Shown: one piece after another, positions 10,901-20,554 of the stretch
How the letters are laid out: each line of letters starts with the position of its first letter
Position numbering within the stretch: the stretch's first letter is position 1
Source: a virus
Direction: 5' to 3' (one strand)
Length of the DNA stretch: 64,000 nucleotides
IMG/VR virus record: IMGVR_UViG_3300044712_000336
Coordinates: 1-64,000 of that record
Translations under genes and position numbers: made by a program
The notes under the pieces: generated by a model
What the model saw: only the letters and a program-made list of their open reading frames with translations
Databases searched by the model: none
Told to the model about the DNA's origin: nothing

Positions 10901-11782
10901 CTATAACGTATTTAAAAATTTATACAATTCATAATTCCATTTAGCATCGGCTAAAGCGTTATGTTCATTAGTCTGTTTTGGGTAATTAGGTAATTTTTCT
11001 ATTTCAAATTTAGGAGGATTAATACTACCTTCTTTAATACCCTTTTTAACATAATCTTCTTCAATATCATGTTTATACTGTTGTAGGTCTAAGCAGTACA
11101 TAGGAAACCCTTTAGGTAAATCCATCATAGTTCCAAACAACTGACAAAATACTACCCAGTCGTAATCACTGTAATATCCATAAAATTCTATATTATGTCC
11201 TTCTGCTAAATCTATTCTTTCTTGTATAAATGTAGTTTCACTTACTTCTTCTTTAAACTTAATTATGTTTTCTATACGTAAAGGATTAACAAATTCAGTA
11301 ATCTCTTTAGCAATTTGTTTATTGGATTTACCGTATTTATTAAGTAATCTTTCTAAACTATTAATACAAAAATCTTTGCTAAGATATTCTATAACTTTAT
11401 TACTTGTTCCTATATAATCTGAATCTGTTTCACACAAATTGTGATGATATTCTTTAGTATGTTTACTTTTTAATTCCTTCCAAATAGGTTTCAATACATT
11501 CTCCCTAACCCATTCATTCTTCCATGCAGCTTTTAAGTTAAAGTCTTTTGATATTGCATAGTATTCTTTTGTTACTTGTGGTTTATTTGTAAATTTCATA
11601 CCATATTCTTTCATGTATTCAAATTGTTTTTCTAATGGTATCTTAGTTTCAGATTGTAACTCACCAACTATCCCTATACTAATTAAATCAACAGTAGGTT
11701 TAGTTTCACCATATTTAATTCCTAAGAAGGTTTTATCTTGTTTACCTTCAATGAACTCGCAATCCATGAAATATTTGCTCAT
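10901..11782 (-). CDS. DEDDh 3'-5' exonuclease/exoribonuclease (Rv2179c-like)
   Basis: ExoI FMDCEF, ExoII YYSDYDW, ExoIII HNALADA. Confidence 0.8.
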   Translation of the reverse strand: MSKYFMDCEFIEGKQDKTFLGIKYGETKPTVDLISIGIVGELQSETKIPLEKQFEYMKEYGMKFTNKPQVTKEYYAISKDFNLKAAWKNEWVRENVLKPIWKELKSKHTKEYHHNLCETDSDYIGTSNKVIEYLSKDFCINSLERLLNKYGKSNKQIAKEITEFVNPLRIENIIKFKEEVSETTFIQERIDLAEGHNIEFYGYYSDYDWVVFCQLFGTMMDLPKGFPMYCLDLQQYKHDIEEDYVKKGIKEGSINPPKFEIEKLPNYPKQTNEHNALADAKWNYELYKFLNTL

Positions 11783-12525
11783 ATTTTCTTTATATTAAAA
11801 TTATAAACTTTTATGTTATTTTTTAAAGCTCTGTTAATTAATCCTTGATTACAGTTTGTATTACCTATTGATTTTAAATATTCACAACACTCTACTTGAG
11901 AATGAAATTCTTTATAAAAGTCATCTTTTAATAGAGCGACTTTAACTGTGCCAAACTCCCTTTTTCTTCTATCTTTTAATGGTTCATTTGCATAACTCCA
12001 TCTATATCCTCCAGCACTAAAAACTTTACCTTTACAACATTGACTTATATTGCTTTTAGATTTTATATTAGTATAGTCTTGTGCTTCTGTAATAGAAGTA
12101 AAATCCTTAATAAATTCATTATTCAAAGAATACATATTAATTTTAATAGCACAATGATGGTTACCTTTTATAATCGTTCTAGTTTTAGAATCTTCAGGGT
12201 GTTTATAGCCTTGTAAGCTTCCTGCTATTAAACAACTATTATAATCAGTTCCTTTATTAATATAAAATTGTTCCATTAATAAAACATTTTCTTGATTGCA
12301 AATACATACTATTTCAAAAGTAAAATTCTCAAAACCATATTTTTTAAATGCTCTATGCAAAACTGGTTGAGTATTTAATTCTTTTTTAACAGCCGAACAA
12401 TATTGTATATATCTATGTCTAAAATTACTAGTAGTACTTCCGATATAAATTTTATTATTTATATTATTAGTAATAGAGTAAACTCCTATTTTCCTCCAAT
12501 TATCATTTTCTACTTTGAATATCAT
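11779..12525 (-). mobile_element. Free-standing GIY-YIG homing endonuclease with NUMOD-like C-terminal domains
   Basis: GVYSITNNINNKIYIGST...RHR, conserved E and N; FTSITEA...NISQCCKGK...SAGGYRW is NUMOD1-like. Confidence 0.88.
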
Positions 12526-12586
12526 ATTAAATTGTTTTATCTACTTAAAATAGTACCGTTAAATGTATCTATAAAATATTTCATAA

Positions 12587-12772
12587 TTATTCTAGTATTT
12601 TACTTTTAAGATTATTATACTCTTGTTCACTTAATTTATCTTTATATTCTTCCAATTCGTCTAACATTGTTCTTTCTTGGTTTTTATCTTTTACATAATA
12701 CTCACATCCTTTTTCTACACTCATATAACAAGACTGATTTATTGGATTTTCACATATACAAAAGTTTTCCAT
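12587..12772 (-). CDS. Small hypothetical protein
   Basis: Coupled to the ferritin stop codon. Confidence 0.5.
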   Translation of the reverse strand: MENFCICENPINQSCYMSVEKGCEYYVKDKNQERTMLDELEEYKDKLSEQEYNNLKSKILE

Positions 12773-13275
12773 TATAATAATTCCTCAAATTTAAGTAATT
12801 CAATTCCTGTATTAGTATCAGTAATACCTAATCTCTTAGCAGTAATTAATGGATCACCAAACTTAGCTTCTTCTTCTACTTGTTCATGTACAAACCATTG
12901 TAGGAAATCATAAGTTACTTCATCCTTTTCTTCCTTTATTATTGGAAGTATAGTATTATATGATGTAGTGATGGAACATTCGTGTTGGTATGCTTTATTA
13001 ACTACATCTAATAATGACATATATTCAGATGGTACTTCTGTAATTGCAGGTGTTTTTGCATTACCATTTCTATCTAAAATATAATCAATTAATTTTCTAG
13101 CATGTTTTAATTCTTCATCAGCATATTGTCTAAACTTATCTTTAGCTTTATAAAAGCCATAACAATCACACCAATTACTCATAGCATTGTAAATATGAAA
13201 TGATTGATATTCACCTTGAACTCTTATGTTAAGTAAGTTCTCTGTACGATCTGAAATACGTTTTGTTAATTCCAT
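12772..13275 (-). CDS. ftnA: Non-heme ferritin
   Basis: Ferroxidase motifs EYQS..Y, EELKHA, HE, LQWFVHEQVEEE. Confidence 0.88.
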   Translation of the reverse strand: MELTKRISDRTENLLNIRVQGEYQSFHIYNAMSNWCDCYGFYKAKDKFRQYADEELKHARKLIDYILDRNGNAKTPAITEVPSEYMSLLDVVNKAYQHECSITTSYNTILPIIKEEKDEVTYDFLQWFVHEQVEEEAKFGDPLITAKRLGITDTNTGIELLKFEELL

Positions 13276-13276
13276 T

Positions 13277-14293
13277 TTATTTTAATATTAATTGTGTTAT
13301 TATTTGTTTATTCAATTCTTCTTTATTTTGATTTTGTAACTTAATTTTAGCATTATTTACGATCCTATCTCTTTCATCTTTATCCATTAATATGTCAATG
13401 GATTCTATTAAATCTACTTTATCATCAAATAACCATCCATGTATTCCATCATTTATAGATTGTGAGTATGGATATACATTACTAGCCACTAATGGAACAC
13501 TACATACTGTAGATTCAATAAACTTTAAATTAGATTTACATTTATTAAAACTATCATCTACTAATGGTGCTATTGATATATCTATTCTTTTGTATAGGTT
13601 ATAGTATTCTTCTAACTTCACTAATGGTACTACGTAAAAATTGTTCTTATATTTCCCATTAGTAGTTAAGATATTGTACATGTTTAGATAATCTTTATTA
13701 GTCTGCCCACCAAATAAGTAAAACTCATACTTATCTTTAAAATTCTTCTGTAAGAAATAGTTTAATCCTTTAAGTAGATTAATATCATGTCTATGACATA
13801 TCCCACCAAGATAACCTATTCTTACTTTCCCATTAGTTGATGGAACATGTGGTATTTTGTTTATATCTTCTTGTATATATGATGGAATAAAATTAGGCAA
13901 TACTATTACATTATTATTATATTGTAGCAATTCTTCCTGTAATGGAATAGTAGAACATGTTATTGTGTCTGAGTTTTCAATACAATATATTAATTCTTTT
14001 GTACGTGATTTTGCATAATCTTTATATAATATGTGATATGATGGAAGATTAATACTATCATCAATATCTAATACTATATGTATTTTAAGTTCATTTAATC
14101 TATCAATTATTTGTTTTGTTGCTAAACTATAATGGAATATTACTATTTGTATATCTGTGAAGTCTATATTCATAGACTCATATACAGGAATAAACTTTAT
14201 ATTATTTCCATTAATTAGTTGTTTATATTGATAATATATACGATATAACCCTGTAGCATCAAATGGTTGTGATATTAGTATTAATATATTCAT
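13277..14293 (-). CDS. GT-B glycosyltransferase (GT4-like)
   Basis: YR near N-terminus, DIDD, IAPLVDDSFNKCKSNLKFIE, VASNVYPY. Confidence 0.85.
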   Translation of the reverse strand: MNILILISQPFDATGLYRIYYQYKQLINGNNIKFIPVYESMNIDFTDIQIVIFHYSLATKQIIDRLNELKIHIVLDIDDSINLPSYHILYKDYAKSRTKELIYCIENSDTITCSTIPLQEELLQYNNNVIVLPNFIPSYIQEDINKIPHVPSTNGKVRIGYLGGICHRHDINLLKGLNYFLQKNFKDKYEFYLFGGQTNKDYLNMYNILTTNGKYKNNFYVVPLVKLEEYYNLYKRIDISIAPLVDDSFNKCKSNLKFIESTVCSVPLVASNVYPYSQSINDGIHGWLFDDKVDLIESIDILMDKDERDRIVNNAKIKLQNQNKEELNKQIITQLILK

Positions 14294-14294
14294 G

Positions 14295-14933
14295 TTATTT
14301 TTGAATTACTACTGTAAATCCATTACCTACTTTATCATCTTGTATTTGAACATGTGTTACTTTATAATTTAAGTATTCACAAATTTGTATAAATAAGTTT
14401 AAATCGAATACAGTCCAATGACCATGTTTAGTATCATATAGTATTCCTTCAATTATTGCTGAGCCTAATATTCCATCATTATCCTCAACTACTTTTTTTA
14501 ATATAATATCTTCAGATATTATTCCATCATGTCGTTGTAATAATTCCTTTAATGTTGTAGTTGGTCTTGTTTCATTAGGTACAAATTCTGTAATTGGTGC
14601 AATTGTATAAATATACCCACCTTTCTTTATAATTCTATACCATTCTTTTAACGCTTTAATGGGATCAAATATATGTTCTATTACATGAGACGATATAATA
14701 AAATCGTATGATTCATCTTGTACAGGAATATTATCACCATTTGCAACTATATCTACTTTCATTGCTTCACCACATAATTTATATTCTGCTTGTTTAAATA
14801 CTGTATTCATATCATCTGAATAATCTACATTTAATGTATTTAATCCAAATGAATTATGTGCAGATCCACCTATCTCTAATCCTATTAGATTATCTAATAG
14901 TTTATGTGCTAATTTTGATTCTTTAAATTTCAT
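14295..14933 (-). CDS. Class I SAM-dependent methyltransferase
   Basis: GLEIGG, YDFIISSHVIEHIFDP, WYRIIKKGG. Confidence 0.85.
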   Translation of the reverse strand: MKFKESKLAHKLLDNLIGLEIGGSAHNSFGLNTLNVDYSDDMNTVFKQAEYKLCGEAMKVDIVANGDNIPVQDESYDFIISSHVIEHIFDPIKALKEWYRIIKKGGYIYTIAPITEFVPNETRPTTTLKELLQRHDGIISEDIILKKVVEDNDGILGSAIIEGILYDTKHGHWTVFDLNLFIQICEYLNYKVTHVQIQDDKVGNGFTVVIQK

Positions 14934-15014
14934 GTTTATCTGACCCGAAGGATACCTTTATCAATTACCCTACTATTAATAACATATTTTAATATATAAC
15001 TATCCACATAATAT

Positions 15015-15656
15015 TTAATCCTTAAATTCACTAAAATCATCCCATCCTTTAGATACACATAGTAAGGTTAAATACCCCATAATGTCAGATATATCATTCT
15101 TACGTAATGTATCACTATTCTTAATACGACTTAATTTATCATCTAGTCTTATTAAAATAGACCCTTCTGATGATTCTTTACTGAATACATTAATAGGTTG
15201 TAATGCTGAATTACCATATTTTTGATTCTTATATTGTAGTAATATATTCATAGCATTTAATACTTTTGTTATGTTATTGTTTTCTATATTTACTTTATAA
15301 GTGTTTGTTGATTTATCAAAAGTTCTATCTATTCCATCAATAGTTGTTTTATCTATACCGTCTTCTGGATCTAATAAAACTTCAGTTGAAGTATTTAATA
15401 ATCTTATTATATTTTCTAATCTTATATTTGTTATACCAGTACATTCATAAGTTTTATTTGTCAGAACTGTGATTAAATCATCTATATTTTTTATATCATA
15501 ACCTATGATATACCTTGTTAGTAGATTTACTAATACTTCCAAATCTGTATTTAGTTTAGATTGTATATCCTTTGGTTCAGTAGTATCAACTACATATTCA
15601 TCATCACCTTTACCATTAGTTGTTGATAATGATTCTTTATATTCTTTATAATCCAT
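15015..15656 (-). CDS. Protein with C-terminal DUF1599 (nucleotide-modification-associated domain 1)-like domain
   Basis: KNQKYGNS...IRLDDKLSRI...DIMGY. Confidence 0.7.
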   Translation of the reverse strand: MDYKEYKESLSTTNGKGDDEYVVDTTEPKDIQSKLNTDLEVLVNLLTRYIIGYDIKNIDDLITVLTNKTYECTGITNIRLENIIRLLNTSTEVLLDPEDGIDKTTIDGIDRTFDKSTNTYKVNIENNNITKVLNAMNILLQYKNQKYGNSALQPINVFSKESSEGSILIRLDDKLSRIKNSDTLRKNDISDIMGYLTLLCVSKGWDDFSEFKD

Positions 15657-15782
15657 GTTGTTTTTAGTTATTGTTTAATAGTTATTAAGATTGTAGGTAG
15701 GACGTCGGCATAGGTGTGCCTCCGCTTAGTGGACAGGTATTCTTATTTATATACGCAGTATATTCCTTCACATAGATACTAT

Positions 15783-16610
15783 CTATATTCCAATTAATAT
15801 CTCCTCCGAAGGATCAACTCTCTCATCAAGTGCAATCTGTATATCTGATAATGATATAGTATTACACATTTCTATATTATAAGATCTATCTTCCTTCAGG
15901 ATAATTATCCTCGATTCTTCAAACATATCTGGTTGTATATGAAGTATTCTTCCATTATCTAATATAATATTACCTAATAAACGATATGTTCCAAGTTGTA
16001 TCTCATAATGAGATCGTTTACATTGTGGATACTTCTTGAATGGATCTTTTGGATATTTATTATATGTTTTATCTATGTCGGAAGATGTCTTCCAATCCAT
16101 TATACAATACTTACCTGTATGTATATTTTGTATTAACCTATCAATAGTACCTGCAAGTTTATATCGTTTACTATATACTTTAAGTTCATTACCGATTAGT
16201 CGGTATGTTTTAGATGAATCTTTGATAAATTTTACTACTGCATATTCCTTATTAAACATTGGTATAGTTGATGTAGGATCTAAGTCATACATCTCTGAGA
16301 ATATATGTAATCCTGTTCCATAGGATGTAGCCCTATTACTATTAAGGTTCCAGTAATGTACCCTCTGTTGTGGTGTTAATGTGTTTACTATACCTTTCTT
16401 ATTATTAGATGAGGTTAATCCTACTGACACACCTAATGGATTAAATGGTTTCTCAAATGTATTTATCCATGATGTTACACGATCTAAATATGTGTTATCA
16501 ATTTTATATTTGTTTACCGTAGGATCAAGGATTATTTTATCTTCTCTTATTGTAGGAACATGTTTATACTTACTATCACTTGTAGATACACCTTTCGTAA
16601 TTTTTGCCAT
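15783..16610 (-). CDS. PD-(D/E)XK (RecB/Cas4-like) nuclease
   Basis: GTGLH, ELKV, AGTIDRL, IMDWKT, YEIQLGTY. Confidence 0.85.
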   Translation of the reverse strand: MAKITKGVSTSDSKYKHVPTIREDKIILDPTVNKYKIDNTYLDRVTSWINTFEKPFNPLGVSVGLTSSNNKKGIVNTLTPQQRVHYWNLNSNRATSYGTGLHIFSEMYDLDPTSTIPMFNKEYAVVKFIKDSSKTYRLIGNELKVYSKRYKLAGTIDRLIQNIHTGKYCIMDWKTSSDIDKTYNKYPKDPFKKYPQCKRSHYEIQLGTYRLLGNIILDNGRILHIQPDMFEESRIIILKEDRSYNIEMCNTISLSDIQIALDERVDPSEEILIGI

Positions 16611-16658
16611 ATTTTAATTTATTATTGTTTCTAATTTTTTTAGTTATAATTAACGATG

Positions 16659-16690
16659 CAAAAATATATCATTAAATTTAGTTATGCAAA
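16659..16690 (-). promoter_or_regulatory. Bacteroidota promoter driving the leftward operon
   Basis: Minus strand TTTG-N20-TATTTTTG, an exact consensus match, about 50 nt upstream of the first leftward gene. Confidence 0.75.
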
Positions 16691-17002
16691 TTCATTGATG
16701 GGAATTATGGTTTGTAATTTTTTAGTATAGTTGGTATGATGTATAATGTACTATATTAAGTAGTATAGGTAGTAAAAAATAATTTTTCCAAAATTTTTAT
16801 ATATTGAATAAATATAGTAAAATTTTTAATTTTTTTATATAAAACAAATATGTAGTACCATCCACACTCAAAACCACCTATACCTTTAGCATTGACACAT
16901 AGGGGGAGTACTGAATTGTGGTACATTATCATAAAACATATTACCCCTTTATATTGTCAAGCAAAATATGTGTTTAGTATTAATCCATTAAAAATAGAAA
17001 CA

Positions 17003-17662
17003 ATGGAATATTTACAAGATTTAAAAAATGTAGTGTTACCAAGTAACGCTATTTTCCAAGGTGTAATAGATAGTAACACTGGGAAATCTTTATCAAGTAA
17101 ATTGGCGTTTTTGCCAAGACTTGATGCTGAAAGTGTATTGTGTTTAGTAACAATTAACGGTGTTATCAGTGCGCCTGTTGATGTTAATACCCAAATGATG
17201 AACTGGTTATCAAAGGTAAAAAACAAACTTAATAACAAGTTTGCTAATATGATACCTGAGTATATTAAGGGTTCTGGTAGTGCTGTTTGGGCTCAATATT
17301 GCAGTAAAATTGAAGACGGTTATAATGGCTTACTTTCACAAAGTGAGAAAGACCAGTTGCCAAAACCAAGTGTAATCCGTGAAAGTATTTCTATACTTGG
17401 TGAACTTAAAAATGTACCGGAACCTGTAAAGATTTTAGGTATCACAAAAGTAGATGGACAAACTCTCTTACCAGTTCCTAAAACTCTTATTGAGGTAAAA
17501 GAGAGTGGCTGCACCCTTAAATTTGAAGTAGGTCAAACATTCAACATTCTTATTAAGAAAGTTGACAGTACAACCTATTTACAAATGGATTGTGTGCCGT
17601 TGACACCTGAACAAGTAACCAGTTTTAAAACTGTGAAAGTTCCTGAGAAAGTGGAAGCATAG
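17003..17662 (+). CDS. Hypothetical protein, first rightward gene (likely start ATG 17003)
   Basis: ATG preceded by A-rich leader AAAAATAGAAACA; followed by a strong hairpin. Confidence 0.65.
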   Translation: MEYLQDLKNVVLPSNAIFQGVIDSNTGKSLSSKLAFLPRLDAESVLCLVTINGVISAPVDVNTQMMNWLSKVKNKLNNKFANMIPEYIKGSGSAVWAQYCSKIEDGYNGLLSQSEKDQLPKPSVIRESISILGELKNVPEPVKILGITKVDGQTLLPVPKTLIEVKESGCTLKFEVGQTFNILIKKVDSTTYLQMDCVPLTPEQVTSFKTVKVPEKVEA

Positions 17663-17934
17663 TTTGTGTTAAGTTTAGATAGTGATAATGGGTAGTAACA
17701 TCCACCTATCACTATCTACTCTTAATATTTTATCTTATTATATTCACATACAACTAAGGCGAACTATAATTTTATATCCTTCGGAAATTCTGAGATTCTG
17801 ATAATTAGAATTGACATTAACTATAAATATCATTAAACATTTTTGTTTAGTATTATTTATCTTTCGGGAATAGTTATGGTTATCCTATGGATCAGTAATT
17901 TATCAAATTTCGGATATACAGGTCTTTTATTCTT

Positions 17935-18007
17935 TTATTATTTAATGCAGCTATATCCAAAAAGATATAAGAGTTACAAGCCTCTATAAATGCAGAGTAA
18001 GTAATAA
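17935..18007 (+). ncRNA. Twister ribozyme, type P1
   Basis: P1 TTATTAT/GTAATAA; TT^AA cleavage loop; P2 TGCA/TGCA; P3 TATATC/GATATA; P4 AGAG/CTCT; L4 TTACAAGC; pseudoknots GC/GC and TTAC/GTAA. Confidence 0.9.
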
Positions 18008-18309
18008 TAAGCACCTACTATTCCATACAGCATGATGGAGTATTATAAGCCTTTTCCCAGATTACAAGAGTAATTACTTGTAATGTAAGAATAGATTATC
18101 TAAATAAGAGAGTAATTAACTCAAATAGGATAATTGATGGATAATACGTGATTGTTCTACACATAGTAGTTGTTTTTAAAACAACTAAATGAAGTTGTAC
18201 CATTGGTTTGTATATTAAACTAAGCAGAAAATCTTAGTATAAATTAAAGTATCAAAGAACCTGAACTACAACAGTAAATGTAGTGTATTGTACTTACCCG
18301 AAGTATAAT

Positions 18310-18816
18310 ATGAGTAAAAATAGTGGTTTAAGGACTGCAAGGGATGATATTATGGCTAATATGTCAGCACAAATAGTACGTGAAATAGTTGCTTCTTCAC
18401 TTAAAATAAAAGCAACTAATGTTATTCTTAGCAGTGTATTACCTGAAAACTTCTGCGTTGAAGCAGTAAGTACATCAGGTTGTATGTATTCAAACTCTAA
18501 CGATTGTAGAGTTTGGGCATTTAATCCACAACAAGGATTGGTATTATTGCAGCAATCTGTTATTACAGAAAATGCTGCAAGTAATGCTAATGGTACTTGG
18601 GAAAACTCTTATGGATATACTTTTGAAATGCTTGCAGAACAAGCACCAGAAGCTATCTTCTTTGTAGTTATGGAAAGTTCAGATTACTCAGATTGTAATG
18701 GTAGAGATGAACATTCTATAAGTTATACATTATACAAAGCTCCAGACTTTAAAAGTCATTGGGCTAAAATCCAACAAGAAGCCATTGCTCGTTGGGAGCA
18801 ATGGTTGAACTCATAA
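18310..18816 (+). CDS. Hypothetical protein (start uncertain)
   Basis: Long ORF inside an otherwise non-coding region, followed by a hairpin at 18818-18853. Confidence 0.6.
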   Translation: MSKNSGLRTARDDIMANMSAQIVREIVASSLKIKATNVILSSVLPENFCVEAVSTSGCMYSNSNDCRVWAFNPQQGLVLLQQSVITENAASNANGTWENSYGYTFEMLAEQAPEAIFFVVMESSDYSDCNGRDEHSISYTLYKAPDFKSHWAKIQQEAIARWEQWLNS

Positions 18817-19011
18817 TCTAACAGGCATTTCTTAGGAATGTAAGACCTGTTAGTTTATAGTTAATATCATATATAATATCTTATAACAAAGTTGTATCTA
18901 ATCTTTGTTATAACTATCAGTAGATGTACTGATGTAGGCTATTTGGGTCAATAGCTGAAATGAATAGATAGTGGTGCATGACTGCTCAAACCAATTAAAC
19001 TTAAAAATAAA

Positions 19012-19092
19012 ATGATAATAGCATTTGTACTGTGTGCAGTAGGATTTGGTATAATAGTTATATCTAAATCTTCAAAAGTAAGAAATTACTAA
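19012..19092 (+). CDS. Small single-TM peptide (26 aa)
   Basis: MIIAFVLCAVGFGIIVISKSSKVRNY; strong A-rich leader like that of bona fide genes here. Confidence 0.45.
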   Translation: MIIAFVLCAVGFGIIVISKSSKVRNY

Positions 19093-19306
19093 TGTCTTAG
19101 GTATATACACATTTATTGGATAAATACCAATCATGTGTATGTCTTAAGGATAAACTAAAAGATGTTTAATTGAAAACAATATAAGTATTACAATATAAGA
19201 GGAAGAAGTCTATTGTTACATGCCGTGATAGGGCAAAAATACTATAATACTATCAAACCAAACTCAATAGAGCAACTCACAAATCTTTGAGTAATACTAA
19301 ACTTAT

Positions 19307-19810
19307 AGTAACAAGTAATAGAGTAATAAAGCAGAGGCAAAATGAATAAGTCCTAAAATGGTTGCCCGGAATAGTTGCTCAACTCGTGAGCCGACCACTG
19401 AGACTACAATTACTTGTTACTTACTTTTAATGATTGATACTACTTCTAATATGTACAATCTGGTATGGATGTAGTGCTTTAATTAGCCATCATAATCAAG
19501 TCAGATTATTAATCATTATTTAATACGATGATTGATATACAAACCCCCACTAAGTCCGTTTGGCGGTTTTAATACCCATGAATTGTCATGGAGTATATCA
19601 ATCGTTACATATAAAACAGTTAATAAAAGTGTCGGCATATATCAAGATCATACTTGTACCTAACTTGATATAGTATTATTAGGTGTTAACTGTTTTTAAC
19701 TTGAATTAATTACATCCTTAAAGGTTAAGAGCTTTACTTAATAAAAACTACATTAAATATTAGTAGTAATAAAAAAGTTCTGTATAGACTAAGAAATACA
19801 GTAAGGATGT
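19307..19810 (+). ncRNA. Array of five adjacent structured RNA modules, each closed by a 9-14 bp stem
   Basis: Terminal stems at 19307-19421, 19428-19518, 19527-19606, 19613-19696 and 19712-19810; spacers 6-15 nt; G-U pairs favour the plus strand. Confidence 0.65.
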
Positions 19811-19824
19811 TTAAGATATAAAAT

Positions 19825-19892
19825 GGACTATATCATAAGATTGATCACTTATGATATTGGAGAATATTGGTTCGAATCCAATTATAGTCCCA
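19825..19892 (+). ncRNA. Truncated tRNA-like element (acceptor stem + T arm + one hairpin)
   Basis: GGACTATA/TATAGTCC 8 bp stem; ATTGG-TTCGAAT-CCAAT T arm; TCATAAG/CTTATGA hairpin; no D arm. Confidence 0.65.
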
Positions 19893-19929
19893 ATAATAAA
19901 TCTAAAAGTAATAATTAAAACTTAAAGAA

Positions 19930-20550
19930 ATGAAAAAGAAATGTAAAGTAGTGAGGCTTCCTACAGAAAAAGCAACGTGGTCTAATTGTATTTGGTTAAG
20001 TAGAATTAATAATCAATTAAGATTAGATAAATCTTATAATATGTTACCCCAACATCTTTATATTATTTCAGACGATGAAGTTAAAGAAGGTGATTGGTTT
20101 ATCAATGAACAAATTGATGGAGATAAAGTTATTTGGCAACATAATGGAAATATTATACCTAATAGCAACCCTAAAAAGATTATCGCTACAACTGATAATA
20201 GTATTGGTATAAAACCATTTACCGTATTTCCTCAACCATCACCACAATTCATTCAAAAGTATATTGATGAATGGAATAAAGGTAATAAGATTGAATGGGT
20301 TAATTTGGAATATGAAGCTATTCCTAATGAATTTGATAATCCTTTTACTAATCCTAAAGGATTGGATAATTTTGAAGATGCTAAATGGGAACTCAAAGTT
20401 GACAAAAACAATTACATAACCCTTACTAAGATTAAGGATAACTGGAATAGAGAAGAAGTAATTCAATTACTTCAATCTTATAGAGAGTTTGTATGGGGAA
20501 ATGGTGCAACTCTATTTGATTGTACTAAATGGATTGAAGAAAATTTATAA
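19930..20550 (+). CDS. Hypothetical protein (KIIATT family, paralog of 21234-21674)
   Basis: Shares KIIATT...PQ motif with 21234-21674. Confidence 0.7.
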   Translation: MKKKCKVVRLPTEKATWSNCIWLSRINNQLRLDKSYNMLPQHLYIISDDEVKEGDWFINEQIDGDKVIWQHNGNIIPNSNPKKIIATTDNSIGIKPFTVFPQPSPQFIQKYIDEWNKGNKIEWVNLEYEAIPNEFDNPFTNPKGLDNFEDAKWELKVDKNNYITLTKIKDNWNREEVIQLLQSYREFVWGNGATLFDCTKWIEENL

Positions 20551-20554
20551 AATA

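Noticed and set aside
11779-12590. Group I intron around the GIY-YIG gene
   Set aside because: Flanking genes are intact and there is no room or sequence for P/Q/R/S core elements; treated as free-standing
18911-18980. Hammerhead-like CTGATG(T)A-stem-GAAA
   Set aside because: Stem II forms, but I could not build stems I and III around a valid NUH cleavage site; at most a decayed copy
19220-19260. Pistol ribozyme
   Set aside because: The hairpin and pseudoknot resemble pistol P1, but the conserved GCG, P2/P3 and cleavage junction are missing
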